A DNA stretch of 54,267 nucleotides, filler included, from Stramenopiles sp. TOSAG23-2 (taxonomy: Eukaryota), in the NCBI GenBank assembly GCA_900128395.1. It is 4 parts of 4 records of this genome, joined end to end, with 100 filler letters (N's around TTAATTAATTAA, not from the genome) between each part and the next. Parts side by side here need not be neighbours in the genome. Positions count along the whole stretch, not along the records: positions 40,829 to 54,267 come from LT649801.1; 3 more parts are not named here. One strand, written 5' to 3'. Each line of letters begins with the position of its first letter. The stretch's first letter is position 1. This document shows positions 44,114-54,224 of the stretch, piece by piece. Under the pieces are notes generated by a model. The model was not told where the DNA came from. It saw only the letters and a program-made list of their open reading frames with translations, and did no database searches. Made by a program: the position numbers and the translations under genes.

Positions 44114-45256
44114 ATGGGTGCCGGTGAATCACACGATCTAGTTGCTTCTGCAATACAGCCATATACCAATTGGGAACGGGGACAATGTGACGACTTGATA
44201 AAAAAATATAAAGGTGATCCAGATATGACTTTCGGTATTGATGAAAAAGCATGCACACGGTTATTAGGAGGTGATAACGATCAAGCAAACGCGTTGATTA
44301 AACTGTTTGGAGGGGGTGAACCGCATATAAACGCTTTAGAGCTACTATGTGCAATTGCTGTCTTTTCCAAAGGTGATAAAGAGAGTATAATTAAATCACT
44401 TTTCTCAGCCTTTGACTTTAACGACAAAAACAATATTTCTTCCGCTGAACTTATCATTATGTTTATTTCGACTTTGAGAGCTATGATATGTGCAATTAAA
44501 GACAAAGCCGCTGGCGATGATGGTCCTAGAGATGAAGACATTGAAAAATTAGTAGATGCAAAGTTCAAGGAAGATGAAGAAATTCCATTATCAGCCTTTG
44601 CATCCTTTTTAGAAAAAGAATTTTTCAACAAGAAAGGGAAAGGGTTAGGTGATGTAATGAACTTATCGTATGCTCTTTGTCAACAGTTTGGACTTGACAC
44701 GCCACTTCCTACTGCGCCAGCTGAGGAGACAAAAGAAGAAATAACAGAAAAGGGACCTACAGAAGAAGCTCCAAAAGAGGAAGCTCCAAAAGAGGAAGCA
44801 CCTACGGAAGAAGCACCAAAAGAGGAAGCTCCAAAAGAGGAAGCACCTACGGAAGAAGCGCCAAAAGAAGGTGAAGTACCTACGGAAGAAGCACCAAAAG
44901 AAGGTGAAGCACCTACGGAAGAAGCTCCAAAAGAAGGTGAAGCAACTACGGAAGAAGCTCCAAAAGAAGGTGAAGCACCTACGGAAGAAGCTCCAAAAGA
45001 AGGTGAAGCAACTACGGAAGAAGCTCCAAAAGAAGGTGAAGCACCTACGGAAGAAGCTCCAAAAGAAGGTGAAGCACCTACGGAGGAAGCTCCAAAAGAA
45101 GGTGAAGCACCTACGGAGGAAGCACCAAAAGAGGGCGAAGCAACCACAGAAGAGGCACCTAAAGAGGAAGAAGCACCAAAAGAAGGTGAAGCAACTACAG
45201 AAGAAGCACCTAAAGAGGAAGAAGCACCAAAAGAAGAGGCCCCAAAAACTGAATAA
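44114..45256 (+). CDS. Putatively N-myristoylated EF-hand protein (calcineurin-B/recoverin-like) with acidic repeat tail
   Basis: [23 protein letters not shown]; ([11 protein letters not shown])n. Confidence 0.8.
   Translation: MGAGESHDLVASAIQPYTNWERGQCDDLIKKYKGDPDMTFGIDEKACTRLLGGDNDQANALIKLFGGGEPHINALELLCAIAVFSKGDKESIIKSLFSAFDFNDKNNISSAELIIMFISTLRAMICAIKDKAAGDDGPRDEDIEKLVDAKFKEDEEIPLSAFASFLEKEFFNKKGKGLGDVMNLSYALCQQFGLDTPLPTAPAEETKEEITEKGPTEEAPKEEAPKEEAPTEEAPKEEAPKEEAPTEEAPKEGEVPTEEAPKEGEAPTEEAPKEGEATTEEAPKEGEAPTEEAPKEGEATTEEAPKEGEAPTEEAPKEGEAPTEEAPKEGEAPTEEAPKEGEATTEEAPKEEEAPKEGEATTEEAPKEEEAPKEEAPKTE
44755..45250 (+). repeat. Coding minisatellite (15- and 33-bp units)
   Basis: GAAGGTGAAGCACCTACGGAAGAAGCTCCAAAA units with synonymous variation. 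Confidence 0.9.
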
Positions 45257-45648
45257 GTGTATAAACCTGTACCAACAAAGAATGACAATAATATTAAAAA
45301 ATGTATAGTTGAAAAATAGAAAGTTACATATTATCCCCTGTGTAATAATATATGTATTAATGTCATATAATATGAAAAACACAACATATGCATCCCATAT
45401 ATATTTAATGCATATTCGTAGCGGAAAGGCAATTTTTGTATTACTCTTTAGAAAAGTACGAGTACGAGAAAGTCTTTCTCGGTTATTAACAAAAGATTCC
45501 TCTCGAGATGTATGATATGTAATACGTATAAAGTAAAGCGTATTTAGGTGTATTAATATGATTCCGTATGTATTTTTTAAAAAAATCTTATATTTCTTAT
45601 TTCTTACTCTGTGTACACTCGTATGATATATATTCTATATATCATGGA

Positions 45649-45720
45649 ACACTCTGTGGATTTCAATGAACTCTATCGCTATGTTACCGATTCATTGTCC
45701 ATCTTTCAGTTTCGTGAGAT
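45649..45720 (+). repeat. Dispersed repeat family B
   Basis: Matches 32414-32490. Confidence 0.8.
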
Positions 45721-45810
45721 ATCTAGATATTTTGAAAATTCTCTATTTATGACCCATATGCATATATATATATAATATATACATCTTCTCCGTTATTTTA
45801 AAACAAATTT

Positions 45811-48708
45811 TCAATATTGGCTCCGCTGCTTACGTGAAGATCTCCTCCTTCCTACACTACCACTACTACTGCCAAGAGCAAACATATTCGTACTATTGCT
45901 ATTTTTTCTAGACGAAAACCTGGTTCGCGAGGAACTACCTCCATCGTTGTTTTCGATGTCACCATTTTTAATAACATAATCAACATTTTCTACAAGTTGG
46001 TAGTTAGAAATAGAATCGTACACCCATTGCATTTTTAACACAGTTAGCTTTTTTCCTTGAACGAGTTCTAATGCCAGTTCTGGAATAAATTCTTTATTAC
46101 CTCTAACTAGTAAAAAGCAATTTTTCTCACCATTGGACTTATCTGATAAGCGATCCATTGGAAAAACTCTGCCATCACCTAATCGCAATAATAATTCAAG
46201 TTCATGCTGTTTGACTGGTTCATTTTTTGTACCACCGCAAATAAAAAATGTAAGATCATGAAACAGAGAGCCATTTGAACCAGAACTGTTCCGTGCTAAT
46301 CGACCTCTTTTTGGACCACCAGCTATATGTATTGCGGCGTTTTTATCGCCTTGGATTTCAAATGGTTCTTCATCAACCCATTCTTCATTCTTTTCACAGT
46401 TGAGAAGCCATTCATCATTAACAATCCATGCACCCATTAATATACCATGATACAATTTGCTTAAATTGGTTTTCCTATTTTTTACATACATAAGTAACTT
46501 GTCATTTTCATCGCCTCCATCGCTTCTTACGATTACGTGTGTTGCGGGATATTTGTCACATTGATTTAATGTTGTGTTGATACGACCACCGAATGATTTA
46601 CATAACGTCCGAGCAACTTTAACTAGATCTTTTGTTCCACTTCCGACAAACATTAGTACAAAATTATTATTTGTTTTACTGTTACTTGACATTACAGCAG
46701 ATGATGAACTACTGTTCGGTGCTTTCTTGTTGGATACTGTACTCGCACTAGTAACAACAGATGTTGCAGTACTAATTTTAGTTTTACTAACATTTTTCTT
46801 CTTCTTTTTAGCATTGATTTTCTTATTTTTTGCTTTACCTATTTTCAAAATCGAGCTGGTTCTATTCAAAGGGCTTTTCTTGTTTTTCTTGCTACTTTTT
46901 TTACCGTCGCTGTTTCTGCTGCTGCTGTTACTACTACTATTATTCGATGAAACAGGTGTGCTACCATTTACGTAATTTTCATTTTCACCATCTACATCAT
47001 CAGGTAAATTAAATTTCACAGAGCGCCTAGGACGTTTTTTGCCTTTTTTCTTCGCTGAGAGAGATGACTTCTTCTTCTTCTTTTCATCACGATTAGTAAT
47101 AGTCGTATTATCAATATCATCTTTAGTATTATCATTATTATTATTGGTTTTCTCGTCATCTTTCTCGTCCGATAAAATATTTGCGGGAGATTTTTTCTTT
47201 TTCTTACTACTATTACTACTACTGTTTTTGTTCGTCTTGCTGCCATTGCTAGCTTTTGATGTTGCTTTTTCAGTGCGTTTTCTTTTCTTCTTTTTACTAC
47301 TACTTCTCTTTTGGTCGACTCTAAAGAATCTAGGAGAGGTTTGAATCAGTGGTTCGTACGTTGAACGTTGCCTCCTTGCTCGTTTCGGTCTACCAGCGCT
47401 ATGAATATCATTAATTTTTTCCACTATTCTACGGCGCGTAACTTTTTGTGTTCTTTTACTCAATATCAATCTAATCGTATAAAGTTCGTCGTTTTCAATA
47501 TCCATTACAATGCCTTGGCCACCATCAAGTGTATTTCCTGGGGACCAGTCTGCTTTAATATTTACACAATCGCCGACATGCAAGGGTCCATCGAATTCTT
47601 CAATAACCTTTGTGTCGTTTTCATTATTATCTTTGTTATTATTTTCGATTGGAGTATTTTCATCATCATTCGTCGTCGTCGCTGTTGTAGTGGTGGTGGT
47701 AGTGGTTGTCGTCGTCGTCGTCGTTACTATTGATGTAGCATCTTCCTCTACATCAACTACACCCAACTGTTCAACAATTTGTGTTATTTGTTTATTACTA
47801 TCATTAACTTCTTCCGTAACGTTGTTGTTGTTGGTATCGTCATTATTGATTACATTCTCCTGGTTACTATTATTGTTTTTACTAACAATATTACCATTGA
47901 TTATATTATCTACTTCATCTTCTTCGTCTTGATTAAATAATTGCGATGAATCTTGAGAAAGCATAGGTGAATTTGCAGTTTTATTTAGACGTTCTAAAAT
48001 ATCATCAACTTCATCCTCATTATTGTTTTCATCATTTTCATCCATTTTTTCATTTTCATCATCTAAATATTCATCAAGACCACCACGAAATGCAGCTACT
48101 AATTGCGAAGCAGTTTCTGGTTGCGTCAGCATCGATGGTGAATAACTTCCTTCTCCTGTATTATTTCCGTTAGTGTTGCTATTATGATGAAGTTTTTGAA
48201 AATTACGAACGATTCGCTGCATGCATTCGTAATCGCTTACGTTCCGCTTCGTGGCCGGGGCGCGGCATTCGGGGCATTTTGGCTGATAACCAATACATGT
48301 AACAATGCATTGACGACAAAATGCATGTCCGCATGGTAGTCTAGCTGCATTTTTATATAAAGAACGACATATTGGACATAATAATTGATCACCAATTCTG
48401 GATAGTGACATTGCAAATTGTTCAATTGCTTCATCTAATCCAATATCTTCATTGTCTGCGTTATTATTCGTTATAGTTTCTTCCACATCGTCTTCTTCTT
48501 CCACTCCATTTTTTGTAATATTATCGATTAAAGTATCACTATTATCATCATCATCATCATCATCACTTAATTTTCTTTCTGGTTCCTCCTCCGCTTGTTC
48601 TTCTACTATTATTTCTTCCATATCATTTTTCAAATTTGTAGTTGTATTTGCGTTATTTGGTGTATTATTTCTTGGGCTTCTGCGGTTGCGTACACGAATA
48701 CGTGGCAT
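45811..48708 (-). CDS. BRCA1/BARD1-like protein (N-terminal RING, C-terminal tandem BRCT)
   Basis: CPICRSLYKNAARLPCGHAFCRQCI...CPEC; BRCT ATHVIV...GILMGAWIVNDEWL..C, LFHDLTFFI, WVYDSIS. Confidence 0.85.
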   Translation of the reverse strand: MPRIRVRNRRSPRNNTPNNANTTTNLKNDMEEIIVEEQAEEEPERKLSDDDDDDDNSDTLIDNITKNGVEEEDDVEETITNNNADNEDIGLDEAIEQFAMSLSRIGDQLLCPICRSLYKNAARLPCGHAFCRQCIVTCIGYQPKCPECRAPATKRNVSDYECMQRIVRNFQKLHHNSNTNGNNTGEGSYSPSMLTQPETASQLVAAFRGGLDEYLDDENEKMDENDENNNEDEVDDILERLNKTANSPMLSQDSSQLFNQDEEDEVDNIINGNIVSKNNNSNQENVINNDDTNNNNVTEEVNDSNKQITQIVEQLGVVDVEEDATSIVTTTTTTTTTTTTTTATTTNDDENTPIENNNKDNNENDTKVIEEFDGPLHVGDCVNIKADWSPGNTLDGGQGIVMDIENDELYTIRLILSKRTQKVTRRRIVEKINDIHSAGRPKRARRQRSTYEPLIQTSPRFFRVDQKRSSSKKKKRKRTEKATSKASNGSKTNKNSSSNSSKKKKKSPANILSDEKDDEKTNNNNDNTKDDIDNTTITNRDEKKKKKSSLSAKKKGKKRPRRSVKFNLPDDVDGENENYVNGSTPVSSNNSSSNSSSRNSDGKKSSKKNKKSPLNRTSSILKIGKAKNKKINAKKKKKNVSKTKISTATSVVTSASTVSNKKAPNSSSSSAVMSSNSKTNNNFVLMFVGSGTKDLVKVARTLCKSFGGRINTTLNQCDKYPATHVIVRSDGGDENDKLLMYVKNRKTNLSKLYHGILMGAWIVNDEWLLNCEKNEEWVDEEPFEIQGDKNAAIHIAGGPKRGRLARNSSGSNGSLFHDLTFFICGGTKNEPVKQHELELLLRLGDGRVFPMDRLSDKSNGEKNCFLLVRGNKEFIPELALELVQGKKLTVLKMQWVYDSISNYQLVENVDYVIKNGDIENNDGGSSSRTRFSSRKNSNSTNMFALGSSSGSVGRRRSSRKQRSQY

Positions 48709-49357
48709 CTTTTTTTATCGATGTATATCTTATATATATATCCAATGTGATAAAATTCAAACAAATAAAATATATTGTTTTCTATTATTGATTCTACTTC
48801 TATATATATTTTGAATATTATTTTCATTCATTATTTATTATTTATTTATTTCTATGGCACTTTGCATCGGTGCGCTGCTGATGTGCTGATGATGATTTTT
48901 TTTTTCAATCGATCAATTTTGAGGCACCATGGCACTAGCTCAACAGTTGAGTATAATATTTCGTATACTTATATTAATTATGCTATCAACTATTCCAAGC
49001 GCATGCCGATGGCATTTCCCGCCTTTCCAGCCTTTCCCTCTGCGACAACAAAATTAAAAAACACAAAACAAGAACAATATAGGATTCAAATAGCATTGCG
49101 AGTGTGATAATCATCCATCCTCTGCATAGCATCTTTCTCAATCAAAAAAAAACTAAAACTAAAAGAAGTATCAATATCAAATACTGTGAAACAGAGAAGG
49201 AAATAGAGTGAACAATACGTAAAGCATAGTATATAGATATATTTAAACGGAAGAAGAAAAGACGGGGAAAAAAGGAACAAGTATACCCTCCAGTGTACCG
49301 CGAAAAACAATAATAATAAAAACAGTAAACACGAGAAGAAGAAGAAAAATAATAATA

Positions 49358-50458
49358 ATGTCGTCTGAAAGTGAATTTGAGTCCTCTAGTGAAGAAAGCA
49401 GCAGTAGTGAAGAAGAATTAGGTTCTGATTATGACCCGGCAGACTTTGAATCATCAGAGGAAGAAGACGATTCTGATGATGAAGATTTCGAAGTACCGAC
49501 AAAAGGGAAACGTAAAGCACCAGCGAAAAGTAAAGCTGCGCCTGCAAAAAAGAAAGCAAAAACTGCACCAAAAAAAGCACCACCTGCGAAAAAAAAGACA
49601 CCAGTAAAAAAGAAAAAAGCATCAACGAAAACGACAACAACAACATCAAGTGATGGTGGGTCAGCATCGAAAGAAAATAAATCTGTTGCAAAAAATGCTA
49701 CGTCTAGAAAAGAACCGGTTAAAAAGCAGCCACCTGCAAAGAAGAAAGCCTCTGCAAAGACAAAAGCGCCTGCGAAGAAAAAAGCACCCGCAAAGAAAAA
49801 GCTTACAGCAAAACAATGTGAACCAGAAATTATCGAATATTTAAACAATACAAATCGTCCGTATTCAGATAAAGAAATATACGACAACATGCACAAACCA
49901 ATGCCATATGCAAAATTCAGAGTCTTACTTGATAAAATCCATCAAGAAGGAAAAATTGGGCATCGCACAAATGGTAAATTTAAATTGTACTGGCCACAAC
50001 AAAATCAATTTGAAACTTTGTCAAAAGAAGCAATGGATGCATTGGATGTTGAAATTGTTGAAAAACGCGAGCTTGAACGTGAATTAAACAAAGGATTGAA
50101 AACTGCAAATTTTACGATCAGCAATTTACGCAATCAACAAACATTAGATGAATTAAAAACAAATTTAAAAAAGGTTAAAGAAGAACATGAGATGAAAGCG
50201 AAAAAATTGAATGAAATTAAAAGCAACAGTGCTGAAATTGACCCAGAAGAACGTGAAAAATTGACAAAGGAAGTCAAAAGATTGAAAAAAATGTGGCGTG
50301 AACGAAAAAATAATTGTTTAGATGTCTTTGATCAAATTATTGATAGTTCATCAAAAAAAGAGAAACAAGTCTACGAAGAATATGGTCTTGAAACTGCAGA
50401 AGAAGCAAATCAACCTACGTTGAAAGAATTTGGAATCACAATAAAGGAACTCATTTAA
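49358..50458 (+). CDS. HOP2: Homologous-pairing protein 2 (TBPIP/PSMC3IP) with acidic + Lys/Ala/Pro-rich N-terminal extension
   Basis: IIEYLNNTNRPYS..EIYDNMH, GKFKLYWPQQNQF, coiled coil, WRERKNNC, EEYGLET. Confidence 0.88.
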   Translation: MSSESEFESSSEESSSSEEELGSDYDPADFESSEEEDDSDDEDFEVPTKGKRKAPAKSKAAPAKKKAKTAPKKAPPAKKKTPVKKKKASTKTTTTTSSDGGSASKENKSVAKNATSRKEPVKKQPPAKKKASAKTKAPAKKKAPAKKKLTAKQCEPEIIEYLNNTNRPYSDKEIYDNMHKPMPYAKFRVLLDKIHQEGKIGHRTNGKFKLYWPQQNQFETLSKEAMDALDVEIVEKRELERELNKGLKTANFTISNLRNQQTLDELKTNLKKVKEEHEMKAKKLNEIKSNSAEIDPEEREKLTKEVKRLKKMWRERKNNCLDVFDQIIDSSSKKEKQVYEEYGLETAEEANQPTLKEFGITIKELI

Positions 50459-50803
50459 ATTTCGATTTAATATTATATAATATATTGATATATTGATATT
50501 GAAATTGCTCACTAAAATGAGAAATATGTATGATATATATCCATATACGTCGTATATATATATATAATTGATATGATATATGATATGATATATGCATATA
50601 TATATATATACGTCATATATATATATATAATAATATGATACAGTAAGAGTGGAGATCATGTTATCAAAAACAAAGAAAATTACGAGAGAAGTTAAGCTTC
50701 CCTCTCGCCCGGTTCTTTTTTATAAAAAAAAATGAAATTAATATGTTATACACCGATAATATATATTAATATATATCATATATATATATCATATATTATA
50801 ACA

Positions 50804-51113
50804 AATGTGATTTACAACTTTATGAAGGAGTAGCTCTTTCGTCTAACTCTAAATCACAGACAGAGGAACAATCTTTTGAATACTAAATAATTTTTACTAA
50901 ACTTTATAAATCATTTTTGATTTGAGATGTTAATGAACGGGAGTAAAAGAAATTTAATACAAAAACATTTAGATTGATTAAACAATGTGATTTACAACTT
51001 TATGAAGGAGTCGCTCTTTCATCTAACTCTGAATCACAGACTGAGGAACAATCTTTTGAATATAAAAATCATTTTTGATTTGAGATGTTAATGAACGGGA
51101 GTAAAAGAAATTT
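50804..51113. repeat. Tandem duplication (180-bp period) containing a conserved hairpin
   Basis: Copies at ~50804-50955 and ~50984-51113. Confidence 0.9.
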
Positions 51114-51251
51114 TATATAATATATGAATAAGAGAACATTTTATATATATCATAATATGATATTTTTTGTACATAAACTTCTAAAAACACGAACACATCT
51201 CACCATCTCACTCTCCCCTCTCTCTCTCTCAACCTTCTTCACTCAAGTTTA

Positions 51252-52586
51252 TCAATCAAACAAAAAGTCAGCAGAAAAACCTGGGACAGTACGTACATTT
51301 TCATCGGATATTGCTGGAATATTATTATCATCTTTCTTCTTTTTAGTTGTAATACTACTTTTCTCTGAAAAAGATTTTATAATTTCACGATTACTGCCAC
51401 TACTGCTTGTTGGACGACTGTTTGGTTGACTATTACTGCCTTGACTTCCGTTTGATTTAACAGAGCGCGATGATGATGGACGATAACTGGACATAAACGG
51501 TGCCATAGTAAACCCAGTCGAAGCTTCCGGCATAGTTTGTCTCATTGCCATTTCCCACCTAGACAAACCTAATGAGTTCCATAAATCCTTTTGACTTGCT
51601 TTCCCATGCCAGCGACCATTTACTTGAGCAGCTCTGCATAAACTAGTCGAATCCAGAAACGATAAGACATTCAATAACAATCGACCAACTAAACACTTTG
51701 CAGGACCACCCGATGTTGGTTTAATTGTCTTCACATCATCAAATGCAACTTCCGTTCTTTTATTTAAACAATCATCCCGTGCAAGGTCTTTAAATTTACT
51801 TTTTATTTGATTATCTGCACCACGTTCTAATAATAATCGGACTACGGTTGGAAAACCACGTCGTGCAGCATAAAACAATGCTGTCTCACCAAAATTATTT
51901 CTGAAATCTACATTTGCACCTTTATCAAGTAACATTTCTACAATATTATGATATCCTTTATACGATGCTAACATTAATGCAGTTTCACCATCCTCCGTTT
52001 TAACATCAATACTAGCACCAAAAAATAAAAGTCGTTCAGCAATATTAATATGTCCACGTGTCACTGCATAATGTAAAGGTCGATAGCCATTTAAACCTGT
52101 ACATGCATCTGGGTGGAAACCTTTTACCAATATGCTCATCACCCCTGCAATATTGCCTGTCTCTGCTGCTGATAGAATATCGTTTTCACTGGCTAAGTTT
52201 TTCCCTGCTTTTGTTAAAATGTTTAACAATGGGTCTGTCCTAGCTGTCTCCAATAACAGTTCTGAAGTATTATTATCATTATTATTTGAAAGTTTCAATT
52301 TATTCAAAAATTTAGTATTTAAATTGTCATTTTTTGCTTTTCTTGGCTTTATTGACAGTATGCTCCCAACTTCTACTTTTGATTCAGAATTTAAAGTTTT
52401 TTCCATAGTATTGCCATTCTTATTAAGCTTGGAATCTTCCTGACTATTATTATTATTATTATTATTTTCTTGACATTTTGAACCAGCAGTTGTTTTTTTA
52501 ACATTTCCATAGGATAATAATGTTTTCCTTGCCATATGCTTTGGCGGTGGTTTGTGAGGTGGCGATACAAGAAAGGCCTTCTTCAT
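51252..52586 (-). CDS. Ankyrin-repeat protein with C-terminal F-box
   Basis: About four ANK repeats (GYRPLHYA, GETALMLA, GETALFYA); F-box-like LVGRLLLNVLSFLDSTSLCRAAQVNGRWH..ASQKDLW; first ATG at 52586. Confidence 0.85.
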   Translation of the reverse strand: MKKAFLVSPPHKPPPKHMARKTLLSYGNVKKTTAGSKCQENNNNNNNSQEDSKLNKNGNTMEKTLNSESKVEVGSILSIKPRKAKNDNLNTKFLNKLKLSNNNDNNTSELLLETARTDPLLNILTKAGKNLASENDILSAAETGNIAGVMSILVKGFHPDACTGLNGYRPLHYAVTRGHINIAERLLFFGASIDVKTEDGETALMLASYKGYHNIVEMLLDKGANVDFRNNFGETALFYAARRGFPTVVRLLLERGADNQIKSKFKDLARDDCLNKRTEVAFDDVKTIKPTSGGPAKCLVGRLLLNVLSFLDSTSLCRAAQVNGRWHGKASQKDLWNSLGLSRWEMAMRQTMPEASTGFTMAPFMSSYRPSSSRSVKSNGSQGSNSQPNSRPTSSSGSNREIIKSFSEKSSITTKKKKDDNNIPAISDENVRTVPGFSADFLFD

Positions 52587-53125
52587 CGTATACCCTTGTA
52601 GATCTATAATTTTGTTTACTATTCTCCAATTTTTATGAAACGAAATGATTATTACTATGTTTAAGACTTTGATATATACATCTAAATATATATTGTCATT
52701 CAAAAATAATTGTATTTATTTATTTTTTGTTTTTTTTTGTTGTTGTTTGTTGTGGTGGTTTTTTTGATAACGGTTTGCTGGTTTGCCACTTGGCACTTTG
52801 ACTTGGCACTCATACTCTGGTACACCTTAAATTCTTAAGAAAAAAGAAACTTTGGTAAATCCATCTCTCTGGTAAATCAGTAGTAAATAGAAAATTTTGA
52901 TACTGTTATGTTAATGTTATATTAGTCTATAGATTTAAGTTGCTATTAATACTTTTTTTACAGGTATAATACTATTAATACAAATGCTTACTACAATATG
53001 CATATGTTATTAATACATCACACAACTGAATAAGAACCGATATATATATAGTATATTCTTAAACATTTAATAGACATACGAATTCCTACTTTTTAATGTT
53101 AATTAACACCCAAACTTTATAAAAC

Positions 53126-53875
53126 ATGTGGTTTAGCTGCGATGAAATTAAACAGCGGCCTAAGCGCCGCGTAATATTACAACCGGAAACGAGTGTAAGT
53201 CAAATTTTTAAAAGCAATAATACTAGTCCAAAACACAGATCGTCTGTTAGAGTTAATGTTCATAAATACGAGAAAAAAATACACGATGATATACGGCATG
53301 AAGCTTTTGCTGTACTATCAGATACAAAGAAGGGTGACCCTATACTTCGACACCCTATAAGAGGTACCTTGGCTAGGAAAAAAATATTAAAAACATCAAC
53401 ATTAACATATGATGATGATACAGCTGCTGGTTGCCGTCCATCTAATTTATTACGAGGAGAAGGTGATTCTGTTACGGCATGGAGGCCATCACTTATTAAA
53501 AATGTTGGCCATACGAATGATAATATCACCGTTGCTGGAAAAGCCTCAAAGGATGTTGTATATCAACATGCAGCAAGGGATAGCCCTCATTACTCAGGAA
53601 TAAAAACTAATAATTTTTCAGCAATATCAAGAGCTGATGAAAGAAATATTGTTGTTGACGATATATATGAAAACGAATACAAACAAAAGAAGAAATTTAC
53701 TAGACGAGATAGTTTATCCTCAAATTTATTAGTATCAGATGAAACACATTTGAAACAAAATTTATCTACACCACGAAAAAGTAGTAAAAAAATAGATTTG
53801 CAATTGTCATTTGAAAACTCTGTTTCTCCCAAGCATACATCTTACAGAGTTATACATACAAACATCGATGTTTAA
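53126..53875 (+). CDS. Hypothetical protein
   Basis: 249-aa ATG-initiated ORF with coding-like composition; no motif recognised. Confidence 0.55.
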   Translation: MWFSCDEIKQRPKRRVILQPETSVSQIFKSNNTSPKHRSSVRVNVHKYEKKIHDDIRHEAFAVLSDTKKGDPILRHPIRGTLARKKILKTSTLTYDDDTAAGCRPSNLLRGEGDSVTAWRPSLIKNVGHTNDNITVAGKASKDVVYQHAARDSPHYSGIKTNNFSAISRADERNIVVDDIYENEYKQKKKFTRRDSLSSNLLVSDETHLKQNLSTPRKSSKKIDLQLSFENSVSPKHTSYRVIHTNIDV

Positions 53876-54224
53876 TTTTGTCATGTCCCCGTTTAAAGTG
53901 CATATAATGTTCATACATACACGGCTTCGTACGATATTTATAAAAAAAAGTTTCTGGTAAAGTTCACTGGCTTTTTCTAGAGAGATCCTTTTTTGGTGTA
54001 GTCCAGTAGTGCTAGAGATAAGATTAACGAAATGTAAATTTACGAATATATTCGTACGAACATTCGAACGTATTTTGTTACGAATATTACTTTTTTATTT
54101 AAAAAAATATAATGTTTATAAAAAATCTAAAGAAGTGTTATTATCTCATACGAATATTATACGAAGTTCGTATTTATAAATTCATTTAATTTACGCATAA
54201 TTAATTGTTTTATAATTTACTCAT

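Noticed and set aside
44870-45130. 33-bp repeats resembling a CRISPR array
   Set aside because: No unique spacers, in-frame coding repeat, eukaryotic context, no cas genes
44663-45382. Long antisense/alternate-frame ORFs over the EEAPK repeat (also 4592-5284, 22551-23294, 46574-47932, 49429-49896)
   Set aside because: Shadow ORFs of low-complexity real genes
6635-50458. Apparent DNA-repair cluster of RECQL with BRCA1-like and HOP2
   Set aside because: RECQL is on a different, artificially joined contig
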